64,000 nucleotides of DNA from a virus. This document shows, in pieces, positions 1 to 9,162 of the stretch. The stretch lies in IMG/VR virus record IMGVR_UViG_3300050120_000213, positions 1-64,000 of that record. One strand, given 5' to 3'. Made by a program: the position numbers and the translations under genes. Each line of letters opens with the position of its first letter. Position 1 is the stretch's first letter. The notes beneath the pieces are model-generated. The model saw nothing but the letters and a program-made list of their open reading frames with translations. It was not told the DNA's origin and searched no databases.

Positions 1-49
1 CGAGGCTGCTTGCCGGACTACTTTACCGCTGTTGCATAAGACAATGCTG

Positions 50-222
50 ACAGGTAATACGAAAATCATAAACTGGGTCTTTCCACATTCGCATGTGGGC
101 CTGTATCCACTCGGCCACCGTCCCGTCAAATGCGCGATCCGCAATCAATTGCACACTTGGCGGGACGGGCTGGATTCGAACCAGCGTAACCCGACGCCAA
201 CTATAACGACAACGCTACCTGT
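50..222 (-). ncRNA. Circularly permuted tRNA-like structured RNA (non-decoding)
   Basis: Minus-strand order: T arm GCTGG-TTCGAAT-CCAGC (185-169), CCGTCCC-G-CCA (168-158), extended hairpin linker, GGGACGG (124-118), D arm GCCG-AGTGGATAC-AGGC, hairpin CACAT-GCGA-ATGTG. Enclosed by pairings 188-192/75-79 and 216-222/50-56. Confidence 0.65.
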
Positions 223-236
223 TTCACATTTACTGC

Positions 237-1034
237 CTATACCGCGTTGTTGACCGGCGCTGCAAGCAGCGGCTCCATCAACAGCTTTTTGATCGCGTCG
301 CCAATCGAGGCGGCCTTGCTGACTTCGACCGAGTTGGCGCGTACCCGAGCAGACTTGACCGCGATAATCAGATCGTCAATGACCGCCAGCAAGTTGGCCT
401 TCTGAATCGCTGCCACCGCGCCGCTGGTGTGTTGGGTCGTGAACGTACCGACCACCTTATCTGCCGAACTGATCTTGACCTGGGCCGGGTGGTGTTGGGT
501 CGGCTGGACCATAATCACCGGGACTTCGACCTTTTCGGTCTTGGTCGTAACCGTTGCCTTGACTGCCCGATAGGTGCCCGGTTGCTCAGCGCTGGCGTCA
601 TACTGCCATTCACGGCTGGCGTCGAGCGTGGGGATGCGGAGCGCCAGCTTACGAAAATCTGTCAGCCGCACTTCCAGGCCCATCAATTCGTCAACCGGTA
701 CATCGTTGGCAATCGTGGTACCACGAAATTCGAGGTCGGCCATCGCACGGGTGTTCGTAACGTTCTTTTGCGCCAGCAACGTCTCGGCCTTGGCCCAATA
801 CGTCAGGTAATAATCGAGCGTTGCCACCACCGTGGTAGCCAGTTCCTTGTCTGCCCGGGCTGCGGCTTCGATGGACTTGTTGGCTTGGTCGTCGCCCAAC
901 ATCTCAAGGGTTTTTGTGCCCCCGGTGAAGAACGACTCCTGCTTGCCGAACTTGTTGTCTGTGTCTTCGGTCAGTCGATCACGAGCACTGGTAACCGTCT
1001 TTTCTGCCGCAAGCAATTCGTGTAACAAGGTCAT
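237..1034 (-). CDS. Hypothetical helical protein (265 aa) flanked by structured RNAs
   Basis: Long ORF; start moved to ATG 1034 behind the ATGGAG RBS; promoter at 1189-1216. Confidence 0.8.
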   Translation of the reverse strand: MTLLHELLAAEKTVTSARDRLTEDTDNKFGKQESFFTGGTKTLEMLGDDQANKSIEAAARADKELATTVVATLDYYLTYWAKAETLLAQKNVTNTRAMADLEFRGTTIANDVPVDELMGLEVRLTDFRKLALRIPTLDASREWQYDASAEQPGTYRAVKATVTTKTEKVEVPVIMVQPTQHHPAQVKISSADKVVGTFTTQHTSGAVAAIQKANLLAVIDDLIIAVKSARVRANSVEVSKAASIGDAIKKLLMEPLLAAPVNNAV

Positions 1035-1188
1035 AAAGCACTCCATTGTGGTGAAATGTGGTTAAGTAGACAGATTCTGCCAGTCATACAGCCCCTGGGC
1101 ATCCCCCAGGTGGGTATGAGTCCAACGAATCTATCCGCTTAACAACCCCCAACTTCTTTGGGGCCGTCGAGTTCCGCAGTGAGATTCC

Positions 1189-1216
1189 ATTATAGCAGTT
1201 CACTGCGGTTTGTCAA
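1189..1216 (-). promoter_or_regulatory. sigma70-type promoter TTGACA-N16-TATAAT with extended -10 TG
   Basis: Perfect consensus hexamers upstream of 237..1034. Confidence 0.85.
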
Positions 1217-1221
1217 ACGGT

Positions 1222-2079
1222 TTATTTGCCGACCGGCTTCAAATTGCCTAAATCCTGCAAGCTATTGACTGATAGCTTTATACTCCCTTCCAGCCAGGAG
1301 GTCAACCAGCGTTTCAGCCCCGACACTCCGCCGTTCAAACGCACAAACGGGGCATTAAGTTTCTTGGCGCTATGCTCCACATCATGCCCGATGAACTTGG
1401 TGATAGCGATCACCACATCGGCTTTGTCACTCTTTGCCAGCATCCCGTGGCCGCCACCCCCACCACTTTGCTGGGATTTGACGAACACAAAATCGATCCG
1501 CCCATCAAACGCGTGCTCTACATCAGCGGCCTGCTGATTGATCAGCCCCACGATTACCACGCGGGGCAAGCGAGTTCGTTCCGGTGGGCGTACCTTCTCC
1601 ACCACGGTCCTAGTTTCAGTAACTGGCCCACCGAAAACTAAGGGGTCTTTGGGTAACAGCGCCAGCAATTGCTGTTTCACCGACTGTTGGATGTGTTCGG
1701 TCAACGAAGTCAGCAGCGCCTCACCCACCTTGACCGCGAACAACTTGATGATGTCTTCCAAGCCCAGGTCTTTAACGACTGGCGGTTCGGGGGGTGCTTG
1801 TGGCGGCAAAACCTCTGCTTCCGTCTCCACTTCGGGGGGCGTGGCTGGGGGTTCTTCCACCACAGGCGGGGGACTAAGTTCCCGCAGGGCTGCCAGCAAC
1901 CCCTTAACTGTGTCCGTACTCTTGATGAACTTATGTCGCGTGGGGGGCAGCACATCGTCTTGCAGCTTGTTGACCTTGGCGATAAACCCATACTCGCTAG
2001 GGTCTAACTTCGTCTTAATGACCATTTCAGCCATCAAACGCGTTTCAGCTTGAGTCCAAAAAACTTTCTTTTTCATCAT
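1222..2079 (-). CDS. Hypothetical protein with Pro-rich linker and C-terminal DUF2325-like alpha/beta domain
   Basis: ORF; RVVIVG...ADVVIAITKFIGHD pattern; GGAG RBS. Confidence 0.6.
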   Translation of the reverse strand: MMKKKVFWTQAETRLMAEMVIKTKLDPSEYGFIAKVNKLQDDVLPPTRHKFIKSTDTVKGLLAALRELSPPPVVEEPPATPPEVETEAEVLPPQAPPEPPVVKDLGLEDIIKLFAVKVGEALLTSLTEHIQQSVKQQLLALLPKDPLVFGGPVTETRTVVEKVRPPERTRLPRVVIVGLINQQAADVEHAFDGRIDFVFVKSQQSGGGGGHGMLAKSDKADVVIAITKFIGHDVEHSAKKLNAPFVRLNGGVSGLKRWLTSWLEGSIKLSVNSLQDLGNLKPVGK

Positions 2080-2137
2080 GAGCTCCATTTCGTTACAACC
2101 AGCCCCCCAATTGCAATCAATTGCAACCCAGGGGAAT

Positions 2138-2785
2138 TCAATCTTTGGCGTTCTTTTCGATCAGTGCTGCGGCGTGCAGTTCGATATCCATGACTTTATC
2201 CGACACCTTGGGCGTCGCGGCCATCACGGGGGCGGCTTGAATCACCATGCCCGAGGTCACGGTCTGTCCCGTCATGGGGTCAACCATCGGCTCGCCCTTG
2301 GCTTCCCAATCTTTCTGGGACATAGGGCACCCGACACGTAGTACCGAGCCATCGCGTTGCTTGACCGGGTAGCCACCCGACACGGAAATAGCATAGCGCA
2401 TCTTGTTGTCGGTACAGAGCAGGGCAACCGCTGCCATCTGCTGACCCGAGTTACGCAGTGCCTGAGCATTTTCTCGCAAATCGCAACCGTCGTCTTTCCA
2501 GGTAGTGCCCAGGCTGAAGCCAAATTTTAAGGCTTCGACACCCCCAGTGCTGGATCCCATGCAAACGCCGGTCGCCAGCGGCGGCGCAATCGAAGACGAG
2601 GCGGGATACTTGACCGTGTTGGTGGATTCCGAAACCGGAGCAAACAACAACGCCCCGCCATTCGCTGACGAGGTAGATCCGACGCTTTGATTTTGCGTCG
2701 CTGCGGTACTAGCTGACTGCGCCATCGCGCTTGCAGCCACCAACATCACGGCAGATGCCAGCGACATCTTGAGACAGATATTCAT
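2138..2785 (-). CDS. Secreted/periplasmic Cys-containing protein
   Basis: Sec signal peptide ending ASAMA/Q; conserved-looking C-x-GS...GC...ALLC core. Confidence 0.7.
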   Translation of the reverse strand: MNICLKMSLASAVMLVAASAMAQSASTAATQNQSVGSTSSANGGALLFAPVSESTNTVKYPASSSIAPPLATGVCMGSSTGGVEALKFGFSLGTTWKDDGCDLRENAQALRNSGQQMAAVALLCTDNKMRYAISVSGGYPVKQRDGSVLRVGCPMSQKDWEAKGEPMVDPMTGQTVTSGMVIQAAPVMAATPKVSDKVMDIELHAAALIEKNAKD

Positions 2786-2871
2786 TGCAACCCCTTAGTT
2801 TTTTTATTGGTGGGTGGGAGTTTCCCCCCACCCAAACTACTCAGCTACGCAACTACTCGACCGACCAGAAA

Positions 2872-3684
2872 TTACTGCGATACGGTCGGGTCGTTGAAGT
2901 TACCCGACACGTTCACGGTGTTGTTGGCCGAACCGTTTTCCGTCGCGTTGTTGGCGATGGTTTGGAACGTCAACGCGTTGCCATTCGCATCCGTGCCCAT
3001 GCCCACATTGAGCACCGCAGCAGTATCGACGCTCGATACCGACGTCTTGTTGTCGTTGACTTGACCGTTGACGTTCACGCCGCCCGAGCTATTGGTATCG
3101 GCTTCGACCGTGCCATTGGCCGTGAAGGTGCCTGCCGAGTTGGCGGCAATCGCACCGCCGCCGTTGGTCGTGGCATTGACGTTGATCGAGGTTCCGACGA
3201 CTGCGGGGCCACCGTTGCCACCATTGAGGCCGGTGCCGATGCTGCCTTCGACGTTGAGCGTTTGCTCGGTACCGTAACCGTTGCCAATCGAGGCGACGCC
3301 ATCGGTGCCGTACGAACCCGACACATCCAGCGAGGTGTTGGCCGAACCGCTGGTGTTGGCCGTGCCGCTACCCGAACCGGTCGATACGTTGAAGGCGTTG
3401 CCGCTGTTGGAGGTCGAGGCTTGACCGGAAACGGTCATGCTGGCGGCGACGCTGTTCGGCGTGGTGGTTTGCGAGCCAAAAGCTTGGCCATTCGATACAG
3501 CGCTGGCGATACCGGTAGCGGAACTGAACGACGAACCGCTGCCATTGACTTGCGCGGACGTGGACAACGTGTTGGAAATATTACCGATATTGGTAAGGTT
3601 GAAGCTGGGGCCGCCTGCAAAGGCCGAAGTCGAGATCAAACCTGCTGCCAGCATACCTGCTGCCAAAAGATTACGCGTTTTCAT
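2872..3684 (-). CDS. Secreted low-complexity Gly/Ser/Asn/Thr-rich protein (beta-rich, adhesin- or fibril-like)
   Basis: Signal peptide ending SAFA/G; mature part almost devoid of charged residues; GGAG RBS. Confidence 0.7.
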   Translation of the reverse strand: MKTRNLLAAGMLAAGLISTSAFAGGPSFNLTNIGNISNTLSTSAQVNGSGSSFSSATGIASAVSNGQAFGSQTTTPNSVAASMTVSGQASTSNSGNAFNVSTGSGSGTANTSGSANTSLDVSGSYGTDGVASIGNGYGTEQTLNVEGSIGTGLNGGNGGPAVVGTSINVNATTNGGGAIAANSAGTFTANGTVEADTNSSGGVNVNGQVNDNKTSVSSVDTAAVLNVGMGTDANGNALTFQTIANNATENGSANNTVNVSGNFNDPTVSQ

Positions 3685-3789
3685 ATTTCACACTCCTTGT
3701 ATTATCAGTGTCCGACTGATCGCGGGTTTTTACTTCTTATTTCTACCGGCCAACCCCAATTTGTGAGCGGAGTTATTTAGTATGGATGC

Positions 3790-3817
3790 AGTTTAAGTCA
3801 CTAGATATATTTGTCAA
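3790..3817 (-). promoter_or_regulatory. sigma70-type promoter TTGACA-N16-TAAACT
   Basis: Same 16-bp geometry as the other promoters; upstream of the secreted-protein pair. Confidence 0.6.
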
Positions 3818-3841
3818 ATCATTTTTTATAAAGTGTGGTTT

Positions 3842-4243
3842 TCACTCCAATTTAGCCTGTTTATCGAGCGGGCAATGTCTTCCTGATCTCTCAGGCTCGC
3901 CGTCTGCCATTTGAGGACAACTCGTGTGAAAGCAGTCACCATCTTCCCCAGCCATGCAGTTGCTCAAGATTTTTACCACTACAGGAGGTTCTGATTTGGC
4001 AGTCAAATTCTCTAGCGCCACTTCCCCCCAAGTGCGAGGAATACTAGACAACCTACGTTGCTCCCGGCGCTCCATCGGCTCTCGTACTACCGTAGCGTCA
4101 AGATCTGCTTTAAAAAAAGCATCTCCGCGCTGAAAGCCAACTTTCCAGCCATTGATGGCGTCTCGGATATAGTCCTTGGTGTCAGTCACAGAAGCGCCGA
4201 CAGGGCGGCTTATTGTCACGTAATAACGTTCGCGTGGCATCAC
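3842..4243 (-). CDS. Hypothetical protein with C-terminal Cys/His motif
   Basis: ORF with GGAG RBS; C-x-AGEDGDC-x-H-x2-CPQ...HCPLD. Confidence 0.65.
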   Translation of the reverse strand: MMPRERYYVTISRPVGASVTDTKDYIRDAINGWKVGFQRGDAFFKADLDATVVREPMERREQRRLSSIPRTWGEVALENLTAKSEPPVVVKILSNCMAGEDGDCFHTSCPQMADGEPERSGRHCPLDKQAKLE

Positions 4244-4269
4244 AGCACTCCATTGCGGTTAGTTGATAT

Positions 4270-4297
4270 ATCTTACCACTAATCCCCTGCTTGTCAA
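4270..4297 (-). promoter_or_regulatory. sigma70-type promoter TTGACA-N16-TAAGAT
   Basis: Hexamers with 16-bp spacer. Confidence 0.65.
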
Positions 4298-4466
4298 AGG
4301 GATTTACCACGGTACAAACCCCAGCGTTCTTTATGACTGGCACTACGTTTTAGAGTGCGAACGCCAATACATTTTTGCCCCACTTCTGCGCCACATTTAG
4401 GGCAAGACACGGTTCTCACAAGCTGACGTAACGCTCTAGCTTCTGTGGTTGAAGTGTGGGCGTGAC

Positions 4467-4682
4467 TCATTTCTTAACCTTTTTCTTCAACTGTAGTTCT
4501 TCCAACAAACTCGCTGCCGCAATGCGCTGGCTGGCATTGGCGGATACGAGCCGTTCATAACGCTGTATCAGCAGCGTAAGGCCAGAAAACTCCCGGTTCA
4601 AGCGCTCGCCTTCTTGCTCCAGACGATCAAGTTCGGCGGTCAAACGGCCTTTCTTACCGTGCGGTGACTTGTTGGTGATCAT
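4467..4682 (-). CDS. Small coiled-coil hypothetical protein
   Basis: ORF coupled by ATGA overlap. Confidence 0.55.
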   Translation of the reverse strand: MITNKSPHGKKGRLTAELDRLEQEGERLNREFSGLTLLIQRYERLVSANASQRIAAASLLEELQLKKKVKK

Positions 4683-4867
4683 TTGTTACCCCCTAAGCCC
4701 CTCAGCGTTTGAATCGCCTTACGGCGGGACTTGATTTGTGCCAAACGTTTCTCGTGCTGGTCCATCAATCTACGTAGCACCTGACAGTTCTCGTTCAACG
4801 TGCGCTGCTCATTGATCAACCTAGCTTCCTCGTTATCTAGCTGGGCTAGACTTACCGTGCTGGTCAT
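4679..4867 (-). CDS. Small coiled-coil hypothetical protein
   Basis: ATG 4867 behind GGAGGAGG. Confidence 0.6.
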   Translation of the reverse strand: MTSTVSLAQLDNEEARLINEQRTLNENCQVLRRLMDQHEKRLAQIKSRRKAIQTLRGLGGNK

Positions 4868-5084
4868 CCCCTCCTCCTGCAATTGATTGCAAAACCCCGT
4901 GTGGCATCCAGGCGTAAATCGGTGCGCCATTGACCGTGACTTCTTCGGTTAAGGCGTAGTGGCCTTGGACGTTGTAAAACTTACAATCCTCAGTGCAGTT
5001 AATCACTGCCGGGGGGTTGATCGTGTCGAGGCCCCTGGTCTTCTTGTCGCGGGGGCCGCCCGTGAACTTGACACGCAATCTCAT
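4833..5084 (-). CDS. Hypothetical protein
   Basis: ORF; F-x-GGP-x-D motif common in small phage proteins. Confidence 0.5.
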   Translation of the reverse strand: MRLRVKFTGGPRDKKTRGLDTINPPAVINCTEDCKFYNVQGHYALTEEVTVNGAPIYAWMPHGVLQSIAGGGDDQHGKSSPAR

Positions 5085-5159
5085 TCTAGTGCCCCTTTAA
5101 AACGATATTTTTTAATAAACCGCAGTCCTTCCTTAAAGGCCATCCAACAGCGTTTCATA

Positions 5160-5525
5160 TCAACCTCTCCAATTCTTCATGGTTTCTGCACCCAACACGG
5201 GGTCGATCACTACACCGTCATCGACGGTCGTAAATCCTGGGAAAAGCTTTTCATAAGCCCTGTCCAACAGGGTAGCCTCTGCCCCGACTGCTTTAGTGTA
5301 GTCGTCGGAAGTCATCACGCCTTTTTCTATCAGAATGACTGCCATTGCATTAAGCTCCGCTCGCAGCAGCATCGACAACTCGCGGTGGTGCTTTACTGCG
5401 TCGCCTTCCGGGTCGCCTTTGGGGCGCAAGCCGAGTTGCCATCCCGCAAAGACTTGCCGCCACTTCGCCAGCTTGTTGACGGCGGCGTGAGTTATTTTTG
5501 CTATTTCATTGCTGTCCGCACTCAT
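5160..5525 (-). CDS. Hypothetical protein
   Basis: ORF; start moved to ATG 5525 (ATGA overlap, GGAG RBS). Confidence 0.65.
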   Translation of the reverse strand: MSADSNEIAKITHAAVNKLAKWRQVFAGWQLGLRPKGDPEGDAVKHHRELSMLLRAELNAMAVILIEKGVMTSDDYTKAVGAEATLLDRAYEKLFPGFTTVDDGVVIDPVLGAETMKNWRG

Positions 5526-5722
5526 ATCTTGATTCTCCCCGTTAGTCTTTCGAATAAGTACCATAACAACTCTTTCATGCGATCCGGTTCGTCGCTGGCG
5601 CTGATCGCTTCGCTGACAATATCGCATTCAGCGCTTTCCATATACTCTGACCACCTACTTTCGTCGCCATCGCTATGGACCGCCATAACCCGCGCCCGCC
5701 GTTCGATTTCGCTCTGCATCAT
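5522..5722 (-). CDS. Small hypothetical protein
   Basis: ATGA overlaps at both ends. Confidence 0.55.
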   Translation of the reverse strand: MMQSEIERRARVMAVHSDGDESRWSEYMESAECDIVSEAISASDEPDRMKELLWYLFERLTGRIKI

Positions 5723-5937
5723 GACCTCACTACTGGGTCGTACAATTCATCGACGCACCATACGGTAATCGTCGGTTTCTTCGGGTGGGGGCGGCGGGTG
5801 GCGCTGGCTTTCGCCGTGCGGGGGTCGCTCCACGTGTCATGCTTGACCCGGTACCGAAACACATCCCCCTTTACGATATCGCGCAGCCCCAGGAGGTACA
5901 CCCAACCCCCATTCCTCAATACTTGGATCGCGTGCAT
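5719..5937 (-). CDS. Small hypothetical protein
   Basis: ORF in a coupled gene chain. Confidence 0.5.
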   Translation of the reverse strand: MHAIQVLRNGGWVYLLGLRDIVKGDVFRYRVKHDTWSDPRTAKASATRRPHPKKPTITVWCVDELYDPVVRS

Positions 5938-6115
5938 CTAAACCCCTTATCTTAGCAACAGGTGCTGCAGGACCATGTAGAACAGTACGCCGACAAATAT
6001 GCCGGTGCCCAGGGAGATGATTTGACCACCCCAAAACATCTTGGTGCTGATCCCTAAGACTATCCCCAGGGGGAAGTAAGCATTAAAGCACACCAGCGCC
6101 AAGTAAGCGGCGAGT

Positions 6116-7036
6116 TTATCCCACATAGATCAGTGCCCCTAGTTGATCGGAAATTTGTACCCCAAGATTCAAGCGATGATAAGCTTGTACCAAAGCGTCT
6201 TCATGTACTTCTATCGGGCAATCCCAACCGGGGATGACTGTCCCCATCAGGTTACCAATGTTCGGGTGCACAATGCACGACCCCGACAACCGCGAGTCGA
6301 TCTCCATCACGCGGAGTTCGCCTCGGTAATAGCGCCACTGCACGTTGAAATGCAGTGGGTCTTCGATCTCGTGAAGCGTCCAGCTATTCAGTAGCTGTCT
6401 AATCTTCAGGTCTAGTTCGTGCCCCAGGGGGGTTTCATTGCCAAAAACATACACCTCGGTATCTCGGCCATCAACTCTAACCAAGGATTGCCGGTGGCAG
6501 CTTAAAAACACATCGCCACCCCCCATCACAAACACATCACTGATGTACTCCCTGGCATCGTCAGACCCCGCCTGAATCACATCGTCGTCAGCCATCGGGG
6601 GGGCTTCCTCCATCTTAGCGAAACGAATATTTTTCCCTCCTGACGAAACCGCAGGCTTAAGCACTACGCCGTGAAACGAATCAAAAATTGCCTTGTAGTA
6701 CTTAGCCAACATGTAGGGGATTTGTAGCCCAGCGGCTAGCTGGTTCAACTGGCGCTTATCATCGAAATAGCTCAGAACCAGCGGGTCCGTGGTCGGGGCG
6801 TAGCCATACCGCTGTAGGCGGGCTGCCGAACTACACGGCATTAGAATGGCGTCGCCGTACAAGGTCTTGGCTACGTGCAGTCCCATAGTACTGTATTCAG
6901 CGGCCACCCCTGGGTCGAAATCATCGACAACGAAAAACTGCACAGGTTGCTTAGTCATCTGCATCACGTGCTGAATGTACAGCGCCTTCAATTTGGCCGA
7001 ATAGCTTCCAGCATCGGGCATCAGAATTTGGATCAT
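6116..7036 (-). CDS. ATP-grasp fold protein
   Basis: DDK, VVLKPAVSSGGKNI, EYISD, FNVQ and MEIDSRLSG (E-I-N-x-R-like) motifs. Confidence 0.75.
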   Translation of the reverse strand: MIQILMPDAGSYSAKLKALYIQHVMQMTKQPVQFFVVDDFDPGVAAEYSTMGLHVAKTLYGDAILMPCSSAARLQRYGYAPTTDPLVLSYFDDKRQLNQLAAGLQIPYMLAKYYKAIFDSFHGVVLKPAVSSGGKNIRFAKMEEAPPMADDDVIQAGSDDAREYISDVFVMGGGDVFLSCHRQSLVRVDGRDTEVYVFGNETPLGHELDLKIRQLLNSWTLHEIEDPLHFNVQWRYYRGELRVMEIDSRLSGSCIVHPNIGNLMGTVIPGWDCPIEVHEDALVQAYHRLNLGVQISDQLGALIYVG

Positions 7037-7701
7037 AGGTAAAACGCCAGTAAGCTGTCAAAGGTCACTCGATCCCCTACCCCCACTGTGACGTTGAGAT
7101 TATCGGCAGGGATAAACAAATCTACTTGGGAGCCGCGCTGCACAAACCCCAGCACCATACGCTCGCCATAGGGGTAAAACAGGCTACTAAGTCGATTAAC
7201 GTACTTATCATAGATCAGGTCTGCAACGACGCCGTGACTAAAAAAGAACCGGGTACGGCGGTTGCCAGCGATGTACTTACTGATCTTACGCTCCCACCAA
7301 TCCCCCCACCACCGACTCGTGACCATGCGCCAGTCATCTTGGGCTTCCCACATCTTGTCAAACTTACCACCAATATCCAGGGTCTTCCATAACGTGTAAC
7401 TTTTACCTGGGCTGATTAGGTGGTGGTTATTCAGCGGGGTCATAAACACCCCAATCTGAATATAATCTAACGCGGTGTCGAGGTGACTCGGAATTGGGAA
7501 GTGCCGCCCCCCCTTATCGATTAAGCCTTTACCCGCTGCAATTGATTGCACGTAGACCACCCGGCCTTCGACTAAGCTGTAGATCCACTCCTTCCCCTCC
7601 AAGGGCGTGCCGTTTGCCACAGGCTTACGGTAAAAGTACACCGAACGTAGCCAAAAAGCGTACACATGCGCTATTGCCAGCAAAGCGAAGAACAATATCA
7701 T
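7033..7701 (-). CDS. Phosphatidylserine decarboxylase-like (pyruvoyl) protein
   Basis: N-terminal membrane anchor, EGRVV, IGVFMTPLNNH, and GSQVDLFIP resembling the Psd GS self-cleavage site. Confidence 0.65.
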   Translation of the reverse strand: MILFFALLAIAHVYAFWLRSVYFYRKPVANGTPLEGKEWIYSLVEGRVVYVQSIAAGKGLIDKGGRHFPIPSHLDTALDYIQIGVFMTPLNNHHLISPGKSYTLWKTLDIGGKFDKMWEAQDDWRMVTSRWWGDWWERKISKYIAGNRRTRFFFSHGVVADLIYDKYVNRLSSLFYPYGERMVLGFVQRGSQVDLFIPADNLNVTVGVGDRVTFDSLLAFYL

Positions 7702-8730
7702 CTAATAACCCTGAGAATCTAAAACTTTCTCGCGTAGTTTGTTGATCGCGCCATCTTCGATTAAGTGGGAAATCAAAGCCCGGAACTCGTACCAACGATC
7801 TATCGGCCAGCCCAATTGTGCCGCTTCAAAACGCTGTTCCAACTTATAGAGATTGGGGTTACCCCACCCTCCCGCAATCAGCACCCCTTCTTCGTAAAAC
7901 ACCGCGTCCCCGATTACGTTGGCTTTCGGAATCAGCGTAGGGGTGGCGTCGAAAAAATCTTTGATGATTTTGAATCCGGTCAGGCGAATCATCACGCCCT
8001 TACCAACTCGCGTATGCGTGTCATAGCAGTAGTCGGGTAACCCTTTCATCATTTGCGGTTCTGGTGCTTGCCACATACTTTGCGTCATCAACATGCTAGC
8101 TATAGGGCCATCAAGCATCTGGAACTTTAACATGCCTTCGCCACGCCAATTATTCTTTACCGCCCAATCCGTAGGTGCGCCGCATTCTTTGATACCGCTA
8201 AGCATTACCCCTTCTAAGTCGGATAAATTGTGCGGTAAAACCCCGCTTTTAAGTGCGTGTTCAATCACTGCCATCGAGCAGTAATCGTGGCTGCGCTCGA
8301 CTGCACACATCAACTCGGTCAGAAAGCATAGCACTTTGTACTGAAAGTCCGGGGCTTTTTTCGGCGTATAGATCGTGCCAGCGCAAATGACAAAGTTCAT
8401 CGCTTCGCGGCATCCAGGGCCAATGTCTTCCGCTGCAATACAACAGACTCGTTTCCAGGCGTAACCGAGTTCGGCGGGCAACGAACACATCGCGCTCACC
8501 AATCGCAACGCCAGCGCGGTATCGCCGCGTCGAATCGTCTTCTGATAAGCGGACATCAATTCCCATTTCCGCTCGGCGTGGGCCAATTTTAACGACATTG
8601 GTGGGGGTTCGTAGATCCGCAGCGCTTCACAAGCGTCGGTCCACCACTCTATACCTGCCATCCCCTCCCACGCTAATCTGGCTTTATACATCTGTTCTAC
8701 TGGCATATCGGGAAAAAGCTGATCAGTCAT
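7702..8730 (-). CDS. RarA/MgsA C-terminal-like helical protein
   Basis: SAYQKTIRRGD, WKR...AAEDIG, D-x-HT-x2-G motifs; no Walker A seen. Confidence 0.6.
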   Translation of the reverse strand: MTDQLFPDMPVEQMYKARLAWEGMAGIEWWTDACEALRIYEPPPMSLKLAHAERKWELMSAYQKTIRRGDTALALRLVSAMCSLPAELGYAWKRVCCIAAEDIGPGCREAMNFVICAGTIYTPKKAPDFQYKVLCFLTELMCAVERSHDYCSMAVIEHALKSGVLPHNLSDLEGVMLSGIKECGAPTDWAVKNNWRGEGMLKFQMLDGPIASMLMTQSMWQAPEPQMMKGLPDYCYDTHTRVGKGVMIRLTGFKIIKDFFDATPTLIPKANVIGDAVFYEEGVLIAGGWGNPNLYKLEQRFEAAQLGWPIDRWYEFRALISHLIEDGAINKLREKVLDSQGY

Positions 8731-8764
8731 GCTGACTCCATTCGGCGTTTAAATGCGTAGGTTC

Positions 8765-8792
8765 ATTATAGCAGAATGCGGTGGTTTGTCAA
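8765..8792 (-). promoter_or_regulatory. sigma70-type promoter TTGACA-N16-TATAAT with extended -10 TG
   Basis: Perfect consensus. Confidence 0.85.
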
Positions 8793-8793
8793 A

Positions 8794-9162
8794 TTAATGG
8801 TCTTGCCAAAACCCATCGTCTTTGCCAGCAATCTTCTTGAATTCCTCAATAAATTCGGCGTCTGTGCCGTGCAGCGCACGATCTACTGCCTTGGCGTACT
8901 TACGTCCAATCTCAAGAAGATCGTCATCGGAAACAATCTGGTAGGCAATTCCCTTGTCACGACTACAGTGGGCCGACCGATCCCAGGCATCTTGAAAAAC
9001 GTAGACGCCCGCATCCTCTATCTTAGTCGTGTAGCCACTACTATCGGGCCGCCACCATGCTTTATGTTCTCCCGACCAAATCACTACCAGATAGGGCTGA
9101 AAGAACTCCTTCAGCTTGGGGTTGGCCTTGAGATAGGTCAGGGTGCGTCCGAAGCGCTTCAC
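8794..9162 (-). CDS. Hypothetical protein
   Basis: Likely GTG start 9162 (GTGA overlap); WWRP-x-S-x-GYT-x4-AG-x-Y motif. Confidence 0.6.
   Translation of the reverse strand: MKRFGRTLTYLKANPKLKEFFQPYLVVIWSGEHKAWWRPDSSGYTTKIEDAGVYVFQDAWDRSAHCSRDKGIAYQIVSDDDLLEIGRKYAKAVDRALHGTDAEFIEEFKKIAGKDDGFWQDH

Noticed and set aside
83-186. Ordinary tRNA gene, attachment site or two-piece tmRNA
   Set aside because: Halves are in permuted order and there is no 7-nt anticodon loop. No G3-U70 pair or A discriminator as in tmRNA. No integrase in the window.
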